In this document: piece by piece, positions 61,333 through 64,000 of the stretch
Position numbering within the stretch: the stretch's first letter is position 1
Layout of the letters: each line of letters opens with the position of its first letter
Assembly (NCBI GenBank): GCA_963666645.2
Contig: CAXXDB010000003.1
Span: 405,494 to 469,493, forward strand
Source of the DNA: an uncultured Tenacibaculum sp.
GTDB taxonomy: Bacteria > Bacteroidota > Bacteroidia > Flavobacteriales > Flavobacteriaceae
Direction: 5' to 3'
Length of the DNA stretch: 64,000 nt
Notes under the pieces: model-generated
What the model was told of the DNA's origin: nothing
Database searches by the model: none
What the model saw: only the letters and a program-made list of their open reading frames with translations
Program-made: the position numbers and the translations under genes

Positions 61333-61737
61333 ATGGGAAGTCGTAAATATAACATGGCACAACAGCTGAAAGAAACTAAAAAGAAAAGAGTTTTTGCTAA
61401 ACTCACTAATTGTCCTACATCACCAAGGAAAATGCGTTTATTAGCAGATCAGATAAGAGGGTTAGAAGTTGAAAAAGCTTTACAAATCTTAAAATTCAGT
61501 CCGAAAGAAGCATCTCTCAATTTAGAAAAATTACTATTATCAGTTATTGCTAACTGGCAGACTAAGAATGAAGATGTTAGTATTGAAGGTGCCGGATTAT
61601 TTGTGAAATCTATTTGCGTAGATAGTGCAGGAATGTTAAAAAGGTTAAGACCAGCTCCACAAGGACGTGCTCATAGAATACGCAAGCGTTCTAATCACGT
61701 AACTTTAGAGATAGGAACTAAAAATAAAAGTAATTAA
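61333..61737 (+). CDS. rplV: 50S ribosomal protein L22
   Basis: [21 protein letters not shown]. Confidence 0.98.
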   Translation: MGSRKYNMAQQLKETKKKRVFAKLTNCPTSPRKMRLLADQIRGLEVEKALQILKFSPKEASLNLEKLLLSVIANWQTKNEDVSIEGAGLFVKSICVDSAGMLKRLRPAPQGRAHRIRKRSNHVTLEIGTKNKSN

Positions 61738-61748
61738 TCAAAGTAGAA

Positions 61749-62465
61749 ATGGGACAAAAGACAAATCCAACAGGAAATCGTTTAGGAATTATCAAAGGAT
61801 GGGAATCTAATTGGTATGGTGGAAATGACTATGGTGATAAAATTGCTGAAGATGATAAGATAAGAAAGTATTTGAAAGCCAGATTATCCAAAGCAAGTGT
61901 TTCTCGTATTATAATTGAACGTACTTTAAAACTTATAACCGTTACTATCACTACTGCACGCCCGGGAATTATTATCGGTAAAGGAGGTCAGGAGGTGGAC
62001 AAGCTAAAGGAAGAACTCAAAAAGATTACAGATAAAGAAGTTCAGATTAACATTTTTGAAATTAAAAGACCGGAATTAGATGCAAAACTAGTTGCAGCCA
62101 GTATTGCTCATCAAATAGAAAACAGAATTTCTTACAAACGTGCCACAAAGATGGCTATTGCAGCTGCAATGCGTATGAATGCTGAAGGAATTAAAGTACA
62201 GCTCTCAGGTCGTTTAAATGGAGCTGAAATGGCACGTTCTGAACATTATAAGGAGGGAAGAATTCCTTTATCTACTTTTAGAGCAGATATCGATTATTCA
62301 CTTGTTGAAGCACATACTACATACGGAAGAATTGGTGTAAAAGTATGGGTTATGAAAGGTGAGGTATATGGTAAACGTGAATTATCTCCATTAGTAGGAT
62401 TATCAAAGCAAAAAGGTAATCTAAATAAAGGTGTGGGTAGACGTCAACCTCGGAGAAGAAAATAA
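61749..62465 (+). CDS. rpsC: 30S ribosomal protein S3
   Basis: [28 protein letters not shown]. Confidence 0.98.
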   Translation: MGQKTNPTGNRLGIIKGWESNWYGGNDYGDKIAEDDKIRKYLKARLSKASVSRIIIERTLKLITVTITTARPGIIIGKGGQEVDKLKEELKKITDKEVQINIFEIKRPELDAKLVAASIAHQIENRISYKRATKMAIAAAMRMNAEGIKVQLSGRLNGAEMARSEHYKEGRIPLSTFRADIDYSLVEAHTTYGRIGVKVWVMKGEVYGKRELSPLVGLSKQKGNLNKGVGRRQPRRRK

Positions 62466-62485
62466 TTTTTAAAAGAAATTTAGAA

Positions 62486-62917
62486 ATGTTACAGCCAAAA
62501 AAAGTAAAATATCGTAAAGTTCAGAAAGGTAAAGGAAATATGAAAGGCAATTCGGGAAGAGGAACTCAATTATCAAACGGAATGTTTGGTATTAAGTCTT
62601 TAGACCAGAACTTGCTTACCTCTCGTCAAATTGAAGCTGCTCGTATTGCGGCAACTCGCCATATGAAAAGAGAAGGACAACTTTGGATTAAAATTTTTCC
62701 AGACAAGCCAATAACTAAAAAACCGTTAGAGGTACGTATGGGGAAGGGAAAAGGAGTACCAGATCATTTTGTAGCTGTTATTAAACCAGGAAGAGTCTTA
62801 TTTGAAGTTGGTGGAGTATCAATGGAAGCAGCAAAAGAGGCATTACGTTTAGCCGCTCAAAAACTTCCTGTAAAAACAAAGTTTATTGTAGCAAGAGATT
62901 TTGATTATAACGCTTAA
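62486..62917 (+). CDS. rplP: 50S ribosomal protein L16
   Basis: [27 protein letters not shown]. Confidence 0.98.
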   Translation: MLQPKKVKYRKVQKGKGNMKGNSGRGTQLSNGMFGIKSLDQNLLTSRQIEAARIAATRHMKREGQLWIKIFPDKPITKKPLEVRMGKGKGVPDHFVAVIKPGRVLFEVGGVSMEAAKEALRLAAQKLPVKTKFIVARDFDYNA

Positions 62918-62929
62918 TTCTAGTCGATT

Positions 62930-63121
62930 ATGAAACAATCAGAAATAAAAGAATTATCAACAGTTGGCTTACAGGACAAGTTGAGAATGTTGAAAAAAAA
63001 TTATACTGATCTTAAAATGACTCACGCTATAACTCCATTGGAGAATCCACTGCAGTTAAGAAATTTAAGAAGAATTGTTGCAAGAATTGCAACAGAGTTA
63101 ACTAAAAGAGAACTACAATAG
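62930..63121 (+). CDS. rpmC: 50S ribosomal protein L29
   Basis: LENPLQL, RR.VARIATEL. Confidence 0.96.
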   Translation: MKQSEIKELSTVGLQDKLRMLKKNYTDLKMTHAITPLENPLQLRNLRRIVARIATELTKRELQ

Positions 63122-63139
63122 TTCTAGTCAGTTTTAAAG

Positions 63140-63397
63140 ATGGAAAAAAGAAATCTTAGAAAAGAGAGGATAGGTATAGTATCTAGTAACAAGATGCAAA
63201 AATCTATCGTAGTAAGCGAGGTAAAAAGAGTAAAACATCCAATGTACGGAAAATTCGTTAAGAAAACGAAAAAGTATGTTGCACATGATGAGAAGAACGA
63301 CTGCAATGAGGGAGATACAGTAAGAATAATGGAAACTCGTCCATTAAGTAAATCTAAACGTTGGAGATTAGTAGAAATCCTGCAAAGAGCTAAATAA
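63140..63397 (+). CDS. rpsQ: 30S ribosomal protein S17
   Basis: [21 protein letters not shown]. Confidence 0.98.
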   Translation: MEKRNLRKERIGIVSSNKMQKSIVVSEVKRVKHPMYGKFVKKTKKYVAHDEKNDCNEGDTVRIMETRPLSKSKRWRLVEILQRAK

Positions 63398-63398
63398 T

Positions 63399-63767
63399 AT
63401 GTTACAGACAGAATCAAGATTAAAAGTAGCAGACAACACCGGAGCAAAAGAAGTTTTAGTGATTAGAGTTTTAGGAGGAACAAAAAGGCGTTACGCTAGC
63501 GTTGGAGATAAAATTGTGATAACAGTTAAATCTGCAACTCCAAATGGAACTGTAAAAAAAGGTCAGGTATCTCGTGCAGTTGTTGTCCGTACTAAGAAAG
63601 AAGTTAGACGTAAAGACGGATCATATATCAGATTTGACGACAATGCATGCGTACTTTTAACCCCTACTGAGGAAATGAGAGGAACTCGTGTTTTCGGACC
63701 TGTGGCTCGTGAATTACGTGAGAAACAATTTATGAAAATAGTATCATTAGCACCTGAAGTGTTATAA
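63399..63767 (+). CDS. rplN: 50S ribosomal protein L14
   Basis: [23 protein letters not shown]. Confidence 0.98.
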   Translation: MLQTESRLKVADNTGAKEVLVIRVLGGTKRRYASVGDKIVITVKSATPNGTVKKGQVSRAVVVRTKKEVRRKDGSYIRFDDNACVLLTPTEEMRGTRVFGPVARELREKQFMKIVSLAPEVL

Positions 63768-63781
63768 AAATAGATTTTAAA

Positions 63782-64000
63782 ATGAAGAAATTTAAAATTA
63801 AATCGGGAGATGCTGTTAAAGTTATCTCAGGAGATCATAAAGGATTTGAAGGAAAAGTTTTACGTATTCTTAGAGATGATGATAGAGTTGTAGTAGAAGG
63901 TGTTAATATGGTATCTAAGCATACGAAACCTGATGTCGCAAACCCACAGGGAGGCATTGTAAAACAAGAAGCACCACTACATATTTCTAACGTTGCTTTA
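63782..64000 (+). CDS. rplX: 50S ribosomal protein L24, 5' part (runs off window end)
   Basis: [28 protein letters not shown]. Confidence 0.96.
   Translation, partial: MKKFKIKSGDAVKVISGDHKGFEGKVLRILRDDDRVVVEGVNMVSKHTKPDVANPQGGIVKQEAPLHISNVAL

Noticed and set aside
1-64000. CRISPR arrays, tRNA, rRNA, prophage genes
   Set aside because: No regularly spaced repeats, cloverleaf or rRNA signatures, or phage proteins seen by eye.

Overview
AT-rich chromosome segment of a Flavobacteriaceae bacterium (Tenacibaculum/Polaribacter-like, judged from gene content and ribosomal protein sequences). It is mostly housekeeping: groES start, secG, lptE, a GAFTGA sigma54-type activator, miaB, nrdAB, several peptidases, wza/wzc/wzb, a SAM-I riboswitch-led methionine locus with a MetX-ThrA fusion, purD, htpG, a GH109/SSS/kinase/nucleotidyltransferase amino-sugar cluster, fabH, prc, uvrA and the S10 operon from rplC to rplX. 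The intergenic space holds dead IS fragments (IS1595 x4, IS1182, IS3, an IS256 end, two near-full-length pseudogenised IS982) and gene remnants, consistent with ongoing genome erosion. Best leads: (1) an identically spaced 34-bp TGTCA-N12-TGGYA-N7-TGACA element upstream of both groES and htpG, plus TG(A/C)CA-ACT-TGTCA sites near groES and at the promoter of the operon encoding the sigma54 activator, suggesting a non-CIRCE chaperone regulon; (2) an intact HTH-C5 methyltransferase-endonuclease module bounded by related hairpins and GTTAC/GTAAC cores like a gene cassette; (3) a 10.4-kb IS982-bounded block with a 7-bp outer duplication; (4) a candidate promoter-driven structured ncRNA downstream of htpG. 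All family assignments are from motif recognition and recall; no searches were run.
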